Shown here one piece after another: positions 41,355-50,811 of a stretch of DNA of 64,000 nucleotides. Below the pieces are notes generated by a model. It worked only from the letters and a program-made list of their open reading frames with translations. It searched no databases and was not told the origin of the DNA. The stretch covers positions 416,001-480,000 of the forward strand of contig CBDCXV010000010.1 of assembly GCA_965223905.1 (NCBI GenBank), read 5' to 3'. A program made the translations under genes and the position numbers. The first letter of the stretch is position 1. Every line of letters begins with the position of its first letter. Source of the stretch: Candidatus Latescibacterota bacterium (GTDB lineage: Bacteria > Latescibacterota > UBA2968 > UBA8231).

Positions 41355-42272
41355 ATGACCGCCGGGACTCCACGCATACTGAGCATCGAAAAGATCTGGG
41401 ACCGGGCACCGCACAACGCCTTCACCGACCTGCTGCGCCACCGCGGCCGCTGGTGGTGCGCGTTTCGCGAGGCCGACGACCACGGCGCCAGCATCGGCAC
41501 CCTGCGGGTGCTGGTGTCGGACGACGGCGCCCGCTGGTCGAGCGCCGGCCACGTAAGCGAGGAGGGGATCGACCTCCGCGACCCCAAGCTCTCGGCGATG
41601 CCGGACGGCCGCATGCTGCTGGTAGCGGGCGGCTCCATCCTCGACGATGAGGGCAGGTACCTCACCCGCTCTCCGCGGGTCGTATTCTCGGACGACGGAA
41701 CCTCCTGGACCTCGCCGGTCCGCTGCCTCGCCGAAGACCACTGGCTGTGGCGGGTGACCTGGCACCGCGGCACCGGGTACTCCCTCTCCAAGCTCGGAGA
41801 GGGGAGCAATCCCCGCCGGGGCCTGCTCTACAAGACCACGGACGCCCTTGATTGGCAGTGGGTCACCGAGTTCCGCCTGCCCGGCAACGTCTGGACCACC
41901 AGCGAAACCACGCTGCGCATCATGCCGGACGAGGAGATGATCGCCCTGGTCCGGCCCGACTGGATCGGCCGCAGCCTGCCCCCGTACAGCGACTGGTCGT
42001 TCACTCGCATCGAGGCCGGGCTGGGCGGCCCCAACTTCATCCGCGTGCCGGACGGCACTCTGTGGGCGGGCTCGCGCGGCACCCACGGCGAGCACGGCAC
42101 CGTCCTCGCCCGCATGACGGCAACCCGGTACGAGACCGTTGCGCGCCTGCCCAGCGGCGGCGACTGCTCCTATCCCGGGATGGTCTGGCACGACGGCCTG
42201 CTCTGGATCAGCTACTACTCCAGCCACGAAAAGAAGACGAGCATCTACCTGGCGAAGGTCGACGTCTCCTGA
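41355..42272 (+). CDS. Sialidase-like/BNR protein
   Basis: HNAFTDL, FRE, SDDGARW, DLRDPKL, SDDGTSW, GGDCSYPG, SYYSSHE. Confidence 0.8.
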   Translation: MTAGTPRILSIEKIWDRAPHNAFTDLLRHRGRWWCAFREADDHGASIGTLRVLVSDDGARWSSAGHVSEEGIDLRDPKLSAMPDGRMLLVAGGSILDDEGRYLTRSPRVVFSDDGTSWTSPVRCLAEDHWLWRVTWHRGTGYSLSKLGEGSNPRRGLLYKTTDALDWQWVTEFRLPGNVWTTSETTLRIMPDEEMIALVRPDWIGRSLPPYSDWSFTRIEAGLGGPNFIRVPDGTLWAGSRGTHGEHGTVLARMTATRYETVARLPSGGDCSYPGMVWHDGLLWISYYSSHEKKTSIYLAKVDVS

Positions 42273-42333
42273 TCCGGGGCGCGGGCCGGATCCGCATCCC
42301 GCAACAGCTGTTCCACCCGTTCACCGGGCCGCC

Positions 42334-43425
42334 TCACTGCGGCAGGTAGGAGGCGTAGAACCGGTGCCAGTTCCCGTACATGACGTTGGCGACGTCCTCG
42401 CTGTCGTAGCCGCGGCGCTCGAGGATGGGGGCGAGCTTCTGGTAGTCGGCGATGCTGTCGATCTCGAACGGGGCCCCGTCGATCCCGCCCTGGCCGTCGG
42501 TGTCGCCCCCGATCCCGGCGTGCAGGGAGTTGCCGGCCAGCTGGCAGACGTGGTCGACGTGGTTGGCGATATGCTCCAGGGTCACCTCTTCGCGCGCGTA
42601 GTACTCCCGCCGCGGGAAATCCTGGGTGCGGGACCAGTCGAGATCCTGCTTCTCGCGCAGCATCCAGGTGTCCATCGAGGCCCCGACGACGCCGTCCCGC
42701 TCGATCACCGCCCCGATCTGCCCGTCGCTGAACTGGCGCTCTCCCGGGGCCAGGGCGCGGCAGTTCTGATGGCTCGCCAGGATCGGGCCGGAGTAGTGGT
42801 CGAGGGCTTCCCAGAAGCTGCGGTCGGCGATGTGAGTGGTGTCGAGCAGCATGCCGCAGGCCTCCATCTCCCGCAGCAGCTCCGGTCCGGGGGGCAGCAG
42901 CCCTCCCTCGGTCCCGGTGCCGGTGCCGTGGGCGTAGCGGCTGCGGCCGTAATGCGTCAGGCTGACCACGCGCACCCCGTCTTCCCACCACTCGCGCACC
43001 TGCCCGGGCGTCAGGATCGGGTCCGCCCCCTCGATCCCGAGCAGGCAGCCGACCGGCAGCCGGGAGTCCCCTTCCCCCTGCTCCCACTGCCCGGCGAGCG
43101 CGCGCAGTTGTCCGGCGGTGGTGACGACGACCGCTTCCCCGGTGCTCTCCAGGCCGCGGTAGAGGGCGAGCTGCCCCTTGGCCACGGCGTACGTCACCTC
43201 CTTGCCGCGATACCCCGGCAGGATGCTGTCCTTGCGCAATCGCCGCGCCGCGATCTTCATCAGCGCGCAGTACACCCCCCCTCTGCGCATCTCCGGGAGG
43301 CAGGCGAAGGGAATGTTGGACGGGTTGGCGTCCTCGGCGCGCACCTCGTCGAGCGGAAGCGTCAGGTCCCTGTTGAGATCGAGGGCACCGTGCGCCATCG
43401 GGTAGTCGCCGTCGAAAATCAGCAC
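42334..43425 (-). CDS. Membrane dipeptidase (peptidase M19)
   Basis: GTG start after GGAG; GIEGAD, LTHYG, LDTTH, ASHQNCRAL, HVDHVCQ, GGDTDG. Confidence 0.85.
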   Translation of the reverse strand: MLIFDGDYPMAHGALDLNRDLTLPLDEVRAEDANPSNIPFACLPEMRRGGVYCALMKIAARRLRKDSILPGYRGKEVTYAVAKGQLALYRGLESTGEAVVVTTAGQLRALAGQWEQGEGDSRLPVGCLLGIEGADPILTPGQVREWWEDGVRVVSLTHYGRSRYAHGTGTGTEGGLLPPGPELLREMEACGMLLDTTHIADRSFWEALDHYSGPILASHQNCRALAPGERQFSDGQIGAVIERDGVVGASMDTWMLREKQDLDWSRTQDFPRREYYAREEVTLEHIANHVDHVCQLAGNSLHAGIGGDTDGQGGIDGAPFEIDSIADYQKLAPILERRGYDSEDVANVMYGNWHRFYASYLPQ

Positions 43426-43974
43426 GGCTTGTCTCCTTTCGTTGTCGGCAGCTGTTTCTGGAAGATTTGGCGGTCCCGGGTTGCCAGGGCCGGTGGAACT
43501 CCGGGCTGACGGAGCGGTTTCGGCAACCGCCGCTGACCGCGGGGAAAGGTCGCTTTGCAGGGATGGCCGGGCAATCGTCGGCCCCTCTTTCCCGAAGCGA
43601 TCGCGCGACCGCTTGCACGGGACCCGCATCAGCATCAATTCAGTCCCGCGGGCGGGCATTTCGTTCAGCATCGCCCAAGGCAACGAGTGGGGACTGTACT
43701 GGTTGCCGGCGCCCATGCCGGCAGGCATCCGTGATCCGCATACGCCCCAGGCCAGACTCCCCGGTTGCCCCCGGCTTCACCGCATTGGATATGTTTGGGC
43801 CGCACGGGACGGAAGGGGCGCCGCAGGCACCCGGGCCCTGAGCTGCCGGAAGAACCCGCCGCTTCCCTGTCCCGCCGCCCCAGGAGCCGCTGAAACCTCC
43901 TGCACCCAGGCGCCCCTGCGAGCTCCCGCGGCAGAAGCAGAATTGCCAGCCACCACCCTTTACCCGATCTGCCC

Positions 43975-45453
43975 ATGAAAGCCGCCCTCGCCCAGTTCAT
44001 CTTCGAAAGCAACACCTTCGCCCCCGGCCTGGCGGAGATCGACCTCTTCAGGAAAGGGGGAGTCTTCCTCGAAGACGAAGCCCGGGTGCGCGCCTGGGCC
44101 GCGGGGACCGACTCGCAGATGCACGGCAGCCTGGAGGTGCTGGCCGCAGCCGGCTGGGAGACCGCCCCCTGTTTCGCCGCTCTCTGCGGCTCTCCCGCCG
44201 GCCGCCTGAGCGCCGCCTGCTTTCGCGAGATCGGCGGCACCCTGCTCGACCGGGTCGGCGCGGCGATGCCGTTCGACGTCCTCGTCCTCCACCTGCACGG
44301 GGCCGCGGCCGCCGAAGGGGAGGACGATCCCGAGGGGTACCTCCTCGAGAAGGTGCGCAGCGACCTCGGCTACCGCGGCCGGGTCGTGCTCTCCCTCGAC
44401 CTGCACGCCAACTTCACCCGCCGCATGCTGCGGCACGCCGACGCGGTCACCGCGTACCGCACCTTCCCGCACATGGACTTCACCGCCACCGGCGAGCGCG
44501 CCGCGCGCCTGGCTCTGCACCCCGGCCCTTTCACCCGCGCCGCGGCGAAGGTGGCGGCCCTGATGTCGCCGGCGGACAGCACCCATTTCGAGGGGCACCT
44601 GTGCGATCTGCTGACCCGCGCCCGGGAGCTGGAACGGCGGCACGGAGACGTCCTCGACGTCTGCATCCTGCCGGTGCAGCCCTGGATGGACATCGACGAA
44701 ATGGGCTCCTCGGTGGTCGTCACCGCTGCCGGAGGCGGCGTCCCGCTCGATGAGCTGCAGAACCTGGCCGGCGAGTGGTACGCCCAGCGGCACCACTGGA
44801 GAAACCGGCTCACCCCTTGGCCCGAGATTCTGGAGAACCTCCGGGGCAAGGGGCCGGAGCCCTGGGTGCTGGTCGACACTTCGGACGCGACCGCGGGAGG
44901 CTCCCCCGGTCACAGCGCCGAGGCGCTGCGGCGGCTGCTGCCCCTCCGGGAGGACCTGCCCGGCAAGGTGCTGCTCTGGGTGGTCGATCCGGGCACCGTC
45001 GCCGCGGCCCGCCGGGGAGAAACCCGCTTCGCCACCGGCGACCCCCCGGTCTCCTGGGAAGGGCGCGTGACCTGGACGGGAGAGGGGAACTACAAAGCGC
45101 GCGGCGGAGCCTACACGGGACAGGCCTTCTCGATGGGGGAAGCCGCGGTCGTCGAGTCGGGGCAGATCCAGCTCGTCGCCTGCTCGTACCCGGCGCTGAC
45201 CCCGGACCCGGCCTTCTACGAGTGCGCCGAGCTGCAGCCGGACGCCGCCCTCGCGGTCATGGCCAAGAGCATGACCGGCTGGATGGCCGCCTTCGGAGCC
45301 GGCTGGGAGCGCGGCCTGCTGTTCGACGGCCCCGGGGTCTGCACCCTGGACTTCGCCTCCATCCCGTTCACGGGGAGCGGCCGCGGACTCTGGCCGGTCG
45401 ATCCGGACCCGGCGAGCCCGGTAGCGATCTGGGAACCGGACGCGGCCGGCTGA
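43975..45453 (+). CDS. M81 family metallopeptidase (MlrC-like)
   Basis: ESNTF, LHLHGA, DPEG, SLDLHAN, YRTFPHMD, D.SD...GG. Confidence 0.9.
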   Translation: MKAALAQFIFESNTFAPGLAEIDLFRKGGVFLEDEARVRAWAAGTDSQMHGSLEVLAAAGWETAPCFAALCGSPAGRLSAACFREIGGTLLDRVGAAMPFDVLVLHLHGAAAAEGEDDPEGYLLEKVRSDLGYRGRVVLSLDLHANFTRRMLRHADAVTAYRTFPHMDFTATGERAARLALHPGPFTRAAAKVAALMSPADSTHFEGHLCDLLTRARELERRHGDVLDVCILPVQPWMDIDEMGSSVVVTAAGGGVPLDELQNLAGEWYAQRHHWRNRLTPWPEILENLRGKGPEPWVLVDTSDATAGGSPGHSAEALRRLLPLREDLPGKVLLWVVDPGTVAAARRGETRFATGDPPVSWEGRVTWTGEGNYKARGGAYTGQAFSMGEAAVVESGQIQLVACSYPALTPDPAFYECAELQPDAALAVMAKSMTGWMAAFGAGWERGLLFDGPGVCTLDFASIPFTGSGRGLWPVDPDPASPVAIWEPDAAG

Positions 45454-45473
45454 GCCGCGCCGCCGCAACGACC

Positions 45474-47078
45474 GTGACCCCGGACGACCCGCATGCGGCC
45501 GCCGCCGCCCGGCAGCGCCGCATCATCTTCCAGGACGACATCCTCGCCAACGCCGCCTTCCGCTGCGGCGAAGTCAGCATCTCCCGCCTCGACAGGCTGA
45601 TCGATTTCTACATGAGCCGCCTCGAGGCTCCCAACCAGATCGACAGCGTCTGGCACGAATGGGGCGAGGGCAACACCGCGGTCTGGCCGAGCGAGGTGCT
45701 GCCGCGCACGGAGAACGTCTTCCCCGGCTGGTGGGAGGCGGGCATCGACCCGGTCAAGGTGCTCCTCGACGAGACCCGGAAACGCCGGCGAGAGGTCGTC
45801 TTCTCCTACCGGATCAACGGCTCCGACAACGACGACCTCTTCGATCCCCCGCACCGCCTCGATGGTCCCACCCCCCTGAAGGCCCGGCACCCGGACCAGC
45901 TCATACACAAGTGGCACGTGTACTGGGACTTCCGCTGCGAAGGGGTGCGCGACTTCAAGCTCGCGGTCCTGCGCGAAGTCGCTTCGATGTACGACTACGA
46001 CGGCATCTCCATCGACTTCGCGAGGGTCCCGGTGCTGTTTCCCGAGGGGGAGCAGTGGAGACACCGGGACCTGTTGACCGGATTCATGCGCGAGGTCCGC
46101 TCCGCCCTGCACGAGATCGGCCGCCGCCGCGGGCGGCCGTACCTGCTGGCCGCCAGGATCCCCGAAGACATCCCGGGATGCCGCTTCGACGGCATCGACG
46201 TCGAGACCTGGATCGCCGAGGGGGTGGTCGACATCCTCGTGATCGGCACGCGCACCGCGGCCGCGGACGTGGCCGGCTTTCGCGCCCTGGCCCGCGGGAC
46301 CCCGGTCAGGCTGTACCCGAGCTGGGACGATCACCACTCCTCGGACGGCTACCGGCACCCGACAATCGAGGTCTGGCGCGGCGTCTGCGCCAACTGGTGG
46401 CGGCAGAACCCGGACGGCATGCACACCTTCAACCTGATGTTCCCCTCGCCGGAATCGGAGCGCGGCCTCGGGATCGAAACCGCGCCCGAACATCGCCGCG
46501 GCAGCCTTGGCGGAGGAGCGCTGCTGTCCGACTGGGAGACGCAGTGCCGGGTCTTCGCCGAGATCGGCAGCCCCGAAACCCTCGAGGGCGGCGACAAGAT
46601 CTTCCTCGTGGAGCGCCGGAGGGGCGGCCACGGCAGGGACTTCGTACCCGCGCCCGACGATTGGTACACACCGCGGCACAGCTATTTCCAGACCAACATG
46701 CGAGCGCAGCTGCCCGCGGAGCTGGGGGCCGGCGGCTCCCCGGATACGCTGCTTCTCCTCGACGTCGCCGACGATCTCGGCGCCGCGGCGGACTGCCTCG
46801 ACAGCCTGACGCTGAAGCTCGCCCTCACCGCCGACCCGGAGGAGGGGGCAAGCGGCCTGCAGGTCGAGGTGAGGATCAACAACCTCCTTCTCGATACTCC
46901 GGTCCGGGAAACGGGAAGCGCGAACCGGCTGAACGCCGGCTTCGACCACTGGCTGGTCTTTGCCGTGCCGCCGCGGTTCCTCGCGGTCGGGACGAACCTC
47001 CTCGGCGTCTGCCGTACCGACCGGACGGCCGCGGCGGTGCGGATCGAGAAGCTCGAGCTGCACGTCCGCTACGCCTGA
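45474..47078 (+). CDS. Uncharacterised glycoside hydrolase-like protein, paralog of 25837-27441
   Basis: RRIIFQDD, SYRIN, WDF, YDYDGISIDFAR, DGMHTFNL; start uncertain. Confidence 0.65.
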   Translation: MTPDDPHAAAAARQRRIIFQDDILANAAFRCGEVSISRLDRLIDFYMSRLEAPNQIDSVWHEWGEGNTAVWPSEVLPRTENVFPGWWEAGIDPVKVLLDETRKRRREVVFSYRINGSDNDDLFDPPHRLDGPTPLKARHPDQLIHKWHVYWDFRCEGVRDFKLAVLREVASMYDYDGISIDFARVPVLFPEGEQWRHRDLLTGFMREVRSALHEIGRRRGRPYLLAARIPEDIPGCRFDGIDVETWIAEGVVDILVIGTRTAAADVAGFRALARGTPVRLYPSWDDHHSSDGYRHPTIEVWRGVCANWWRQNPDGMHTFNLMFPSPESERGLGIETAPEHRRGSLGGGALLSDWETQCRVFAEIGSPETLEGGDKIFLVERRRGGHGRDFVPAPDDWYTPRHSYFQTNMRAQLPAELGAGGSPDTLLLLDVADDLGAAADCLDSLTLKLALTADPEEGASGLQVEVRINNLLLDTPVRETGSANRLNAGFDHWLVFAVPPRFLAVGTNLLGVCRTDRTAAAVRIEKLELHVRYA

Positions 47079-47278
47079 CAGCCCGTTGATAATGTTGCTC
47101 TGCAGGCGAGGCCGAGTCATGGCGGTCGAAGGCAAGGCGCGCGACCGAGTCGAATCGCAGGGGGTTCGGGAAGGGAGCGCAACGACTGTCTGCGGAACGC
47201 TCTTTCGAGCGTTCCGCACCCGAGGGTTCGCGACCGCCAGGGCCGGCCGCAGCCCGGATGGACTTATTCAACGGGCTG
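47079..47278. mobile_element. 200-bp MITE with 4-bp target-site duplication CTGA
   Basis: TIRs CAGCCCGTTGATAA / TTATTCAACGGGCTG; CTGA at 47075-47078 and 47279-47282; internal palindrome TGCGGAACGCTC-TTTC-GAGCGTTCCGCA. Confidence 0.85.
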
Positions 47279-47282
47279 CTGA

Positions 47283-48371
47283 ATGAGAATCACCGAGGTA
47301 ATCACCCACCGCCTCTCCTGCCCGGTCGAGCGGCCCTGCCGCGCCCGCCGCACCGACTGGATCCGCGAACGGACGGCGACAATCGTGGAGGTCAGGACCG
47401 ACGACGGGGTCACCGGCTGGGGAGAAGGGGATGGGGCGCTGGCGCGGGAATCGACTGAATCCCTGCTGATCGGGAAGAGCCCGTTCGACCGCGAGAAGAT
47501 CTGGGACAGCCTGACGGCCCGCGGGAAGGACATCCCCGCTGCCTGCGGAATCGAGATGGCCCTCTGGGACCTCGCCGGGAAGTCGGAAGGCAAACCGGTC
47601 TGCGAACTCCTCGGGGACGCCCGGCGAGACAGGGTGGCCGCGTACGCCAGCGGGTTCTTCCAGCCGCAGGGAGAGGACCACCTTGCCCACGCCGCCGCGG
47701 AAGCCCGCCGCTGCCGGGACCGGTTCGCCGCGGCCAAAGTCCGCATCGGCTTCGGCCCGGAGGAGGACGAGCGCATCGTCGCCGCCGTGAGGAACGAAAT
47801 CGGCAGCGAGGTGAGGCTCGCCGTCGACGCGACCCAGGGGTACGGCCTGCCGGGGACGATCGAAGGGGGTAACCGGCTTGCCCCCTACGACGTCATGTGG
47901 TTCGAGGAGCCGATCCCCGGCGAAGATCTCGACGGGTACCGCGAGCTCCGGCAGGCCCTGCCGATGCCGGTAGCTGGCGCGGAGGGGCGCAGCGGACTCG
48001 GCTCTTTCCGCGAGGTCGTCGAGAGCGGCGCCATGGATATCATCCAGCCCGGCATCAGCCGCGCCGGCGGGTTCACCGAGGGAATGCGGATCTGCGAGCT
48101 CGCCGCGGCGAACCGGGTCCACGTGATCCCGCACATGTTCGGATCGGTGGTCAGGCTGGCGGCGACCCTGCACTGGCTGGCCGCGGTCCCGGAGGACCCG
48201 CGCGGACAGCTTCCCCCCTATCTCGAGCTGGACGTGACCGAGAACGGACTCCGCACCGGCCTGTCGCGGACCCGGTTCGATGTCGAGGACGGAGCCGTCC
48301 GCATACCGGACCGTCCCGGGCTCGGGGTCGAGATCGACGCCGAGGCGCTGCGGAGATACAGCGTTACATGA
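47283..48371 (+). CDS. Mandelate racemase/enolase-superfamily dehydratase
   Basis: TDDGVTGWGE, EMALWDLAGK, AVDA, WFEEP, DIIQP. Confidence 0.88.
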   Translation: MRITEVITHRLSCPVERPCRARRTDWIRERTATIVEVRTDDGVTGWGEGDGALARESTESLLIGKSPFDREKIWDSLTARGKDIPAACGIEMALWDLAGKSEGKPVCELLGDARRDRVAAYASGFFQPQGEDHLAHAAAEARRCRDRFAAAKVRIGFGPEEDERIVAAVRNEIGSEVRLAVDATQGYGLPGTIEGGNRLAPYDVMWFEEPIPGEDLDGYRELRQALPMPVAGAEGRSGLGSFREVVESGAMDIIQPGISRAGGFTEGMRICELAAANRVHVIPHMFGSVVRLAATLHWLAAVPEDPRGQLPPYLELDVTENGLRTGLSRTRFDVEDGAVRIPDRPGLGVEIDAEALRRYSVT

Positions 48372-49669
48372 CTCCCGGCGAAGCCTCCAGGCCGGTCCCC
48401 CTGCGCGTCAACGACCGCTTCTTCTACGGCTGGCTGATGCTCGGGGCCGGAGCCCTCGGCCTCTTCGCCAGCGGCCCCGGCCAATCCCACGCCTTCAGCG
48501 TCTTCATCACCCCGATCGGCGAGGACCTCGGGGTTTCGCGCACCGCGGTCTCCGCCGCCTACGCCGCGGCGACCCTGGCGGCCGCCTGCGGCCTGCCGTG
48601 GGTGGGGCGTCTCGTCGACCGCTTCGGAGTCCGCGCCGTACTGCTTTCGGTGGGGGTCCTGTTCGGGGCCTGCGCCGCGGCCTTCGGGCAGGTCCCCGAC
48701 CTGTGGCTGCTGGCCCTCGGATTCGCCGCCCTGCGCTTCCTCGGGCAGGGGTCGCTGATGCTCTGCTCCTACAACCTGGTGGCGCAGTGGTTCAGCCGGA
48801 AACGCGGTTTCGCCATGGGCCTGGCGAGCCTCGGGTTTTCTCTCAGCCTGGCGGTGCATCCCCCCCTGGCCCAATGGCTGATCGACGAAGCCGGCTGGCG
48901 CCAGGCCTGGCTCTGGCTCGGGATCTCGACCTGGGTGCTGCTGGTGCCGTGCGCCCTCCTGGTGGTCAGGAACAGACCGGAGGATCTCGGTCTGACGCCG
49001 GACGGCGACCCCGGCGGCCGCGATACCGGGAATGCCGGCGAGTCGGAGGATACCGCGGCAGCCGGCTTCACCCTGGGGGAGGCGCTGCGGACCTCGACCT
49101 TCTGGATCTGCGCCGTTGCCGTCGCCACCATGTCGCTGCTGATCACGGCGGTCTTCTTCCACCAGGTCTCCATCCTCGAGTCGCGCGGGTTGAGCCCCGG
49201 CGTGGCCTCCCGCGTGTTCGCCGTATCCGCCCTGACCATGGTCGCCTTCATGCCGGTTTTCGGCCGCCTCCTCGATCGCCTGCGGACGCGGACGGTGTTC
49301 GCCGGCGGCCTGCTGCTGATGTCCTGCTCCCTGGCCGCTCTCACCGCGGTCTCCAGCGTCGCTTCAGCAGCTCTGTTCGGCATCGTGTTCGGCGCCGCCA
49401 ACGCCGGCAGCCACAACCTGCTCGCCTACATCTGGCCCCGCTTCTTCGGGCGCCGGCATCTCGGCAGCATCCAGGGGGCATCGCAGATGATCAGCGTTGT
49501 CGGGGCCTCCGTCGGACCGGTCCCGTTCGGGGTGGCCTGGGATCTTTACGGAAGCTATACCGGCGCCCTGTTCGCCTTCGCCCTGCTGCCGCTGCTGTGC
49601 GCAGTGGCGGTCTGGTTCATCCGGGAGCCCGGGGGGCCGCCCGTGCATGAGGGGGGAATGATTCGGTGA
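48368..49669 (+). CDS. MFS transporter
   Basis: FFYGW, GRLVDRFG, WFSRKRG, FFGRRHLGSIQG; about 12 TM. Confidence 0.9.
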   Translation: MTPGEASRPVPLRVNDRFFYGWLMLGAGALGLFASGPGQSHAFSVFITPIGEDLGVSRTAVSAAYAAATLAAACGLPWVGRLVDRFGVRAVLLSVGVLFGACAAAFGQVPDLWLLALGFAALRFLGQGSLMLCSYNLVAQWFSRKRGFAMGLASLGFSLSLAVHPPLAQWLIDEAGWRQAWLWLGISTWVLLVPCALLVVRNRPEDLGLTPDGDPGGRDTGNAGESEDTAAAGFTLGEALRTSTFWICAVAVATMSLLITAVFFHQVSILESRGLSPGVASRVFAVSALTMVAFMPVFGRLLDRLRTRTVFAGGLLLMSCSLAALTAVSSVASAALFGIVFGAANAGSHNLLAYIWPRFFGRRHLGSIQGASQMISVVGASVGPVPFGVAWDLYGSYTGALFAFALLPLLCAVAVWFIREPGGPPVHEGGMIR

Positions 49670-49825
49670 GACTTCAGGCTTCCAACCTGCCCTGTCGTGG
49701 AACGGTCCCGTATCAAAGGCCCGCTGTCGAGCTCTGAACCAACTGTCGGCGACCGGCCAAGGGGGGCACGCCCAAGGCCCGCCGCAGGTCCGGGCTTATA
49801 TTTTGGCGGATCTGGAGACGCCAAG

Positions 49826-50272
49826 ATGAGTCGCCCCAAGCACACAACTGACACCGAAACGCCGGATAGCGCCTTGCGCGAGTTCTTCCACCGGGTGCGG
49901 CCGGTCGGAGTGGCCTCGGTCTATCTGTACGGAAGCGCAGCACGAGGACAGGCGCATGCCGATAGCGACGTCGACGTCGCGGTGCTGTTGGACCGCGCCT
50001 GCTTCCCCTCCCGCGAACAACGAGCCGAGGAACGGGTCCGCCTCACCGCCGAACTGATCCACGTCCTGGGGAACAACGAAGTCGACCTCGTCCTGCTCAA
50101 CGACGTGCCTCCCGGCCTCGGACGCCATGCAATTACGGAGGGGGTCCGGGTTTACGTTGCCGACCCCGAGGCGGATCACGCCTTCTGCCGGGACGTCCAG
50201 CTGCGCGCCGCGGATCTCGACCCGTTCCTGCGCCGAATGCGGCTGATAAAGCTCAGGGCTCTCTCCTCGTGA
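49826..50272 (+). CDS. mntA: MntA-type nucleotidyltransferase antitoxin
   Basis: YLYGSAARG.....SDVDVAV (GSx10DxD), VDLVLLN. Confidence 0.85.
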   Translation: MSRPKHTTDTETPDSALREFFHRVRPVGVASVYLYGSAARGQAHADSDVDVAVLLDRACFPSREQRAEERVRLTAELIHVLGNNEVDLVLLNDVPPGLGRHAITEGVRVYVADPEADHAFCRDVQLRAADLDPFLRRMRLIKLRALSS

Positions 50273-50685
50273 CCTACCTGGTCGAACGGCTGGCCGAGCT
50301 GCGCAAACACCTCGACCACCTGAGAATGCTGGAACCGAAGGTCGAGGGACCCCAATCCCTTCGGGACGACCTGAGCCTTCACAACGACGTCCTCTTCTCC
50401 TTGTTGACCGCTGCTCAGCTCGTCATCGACATCTCGGGGGAACTTGGCGCGCGTCGCGGGCTGCGCTTCGAGGATTACACCGAGGCCGTGAGGAACCTGT
50501 CGGCCTGCGAGGAGTTCCCGCAGGAGCTCGTCGATCGCCTCGCCCGCCTCCCGGGCTTCCGCAACATCCTCATTCACGAGTACGTCTCTCTCGACTACGA
50601 GCAAGTTGTCGGGGCGATCCGGGATCTCGAGCCCATCGCCGAGTTTGCCCGTCTTGCAGCCTCCCTCGAACAGAAAGAGCAATAG
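50269..50685 (+). CDS. hepT: HEPN (DUF86) RNase toxin
   Basis: GFRNILIHEY (Rx4HxY); GTGA overlap with mntA. Confidence 0.85.
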   Translation: MTYLVERLAELRKHLDHLRMLEPKVEGPQSLRDDLSLHNDVLFSLLTAAQLVIDISGELGARRGLRFEDYTEAVRNLSACEEFPQELVDRLARLPGFRNILIHEYVSLDYEQVVGAIRDLEPIAEFARLAASLEQKEQ

Positions 50686-50811
50686 CCGGATTGACTGGCC
50701 GCTCCCGCCTGACCGGCCCCGGTCAGACCGTTGCGATATCAGGATACCCAGCCGAGGATGGCCGAAAAACAATTGGCATTCGGTTAAACAGCAGATCGCA
50801 GAGGACTCGCA

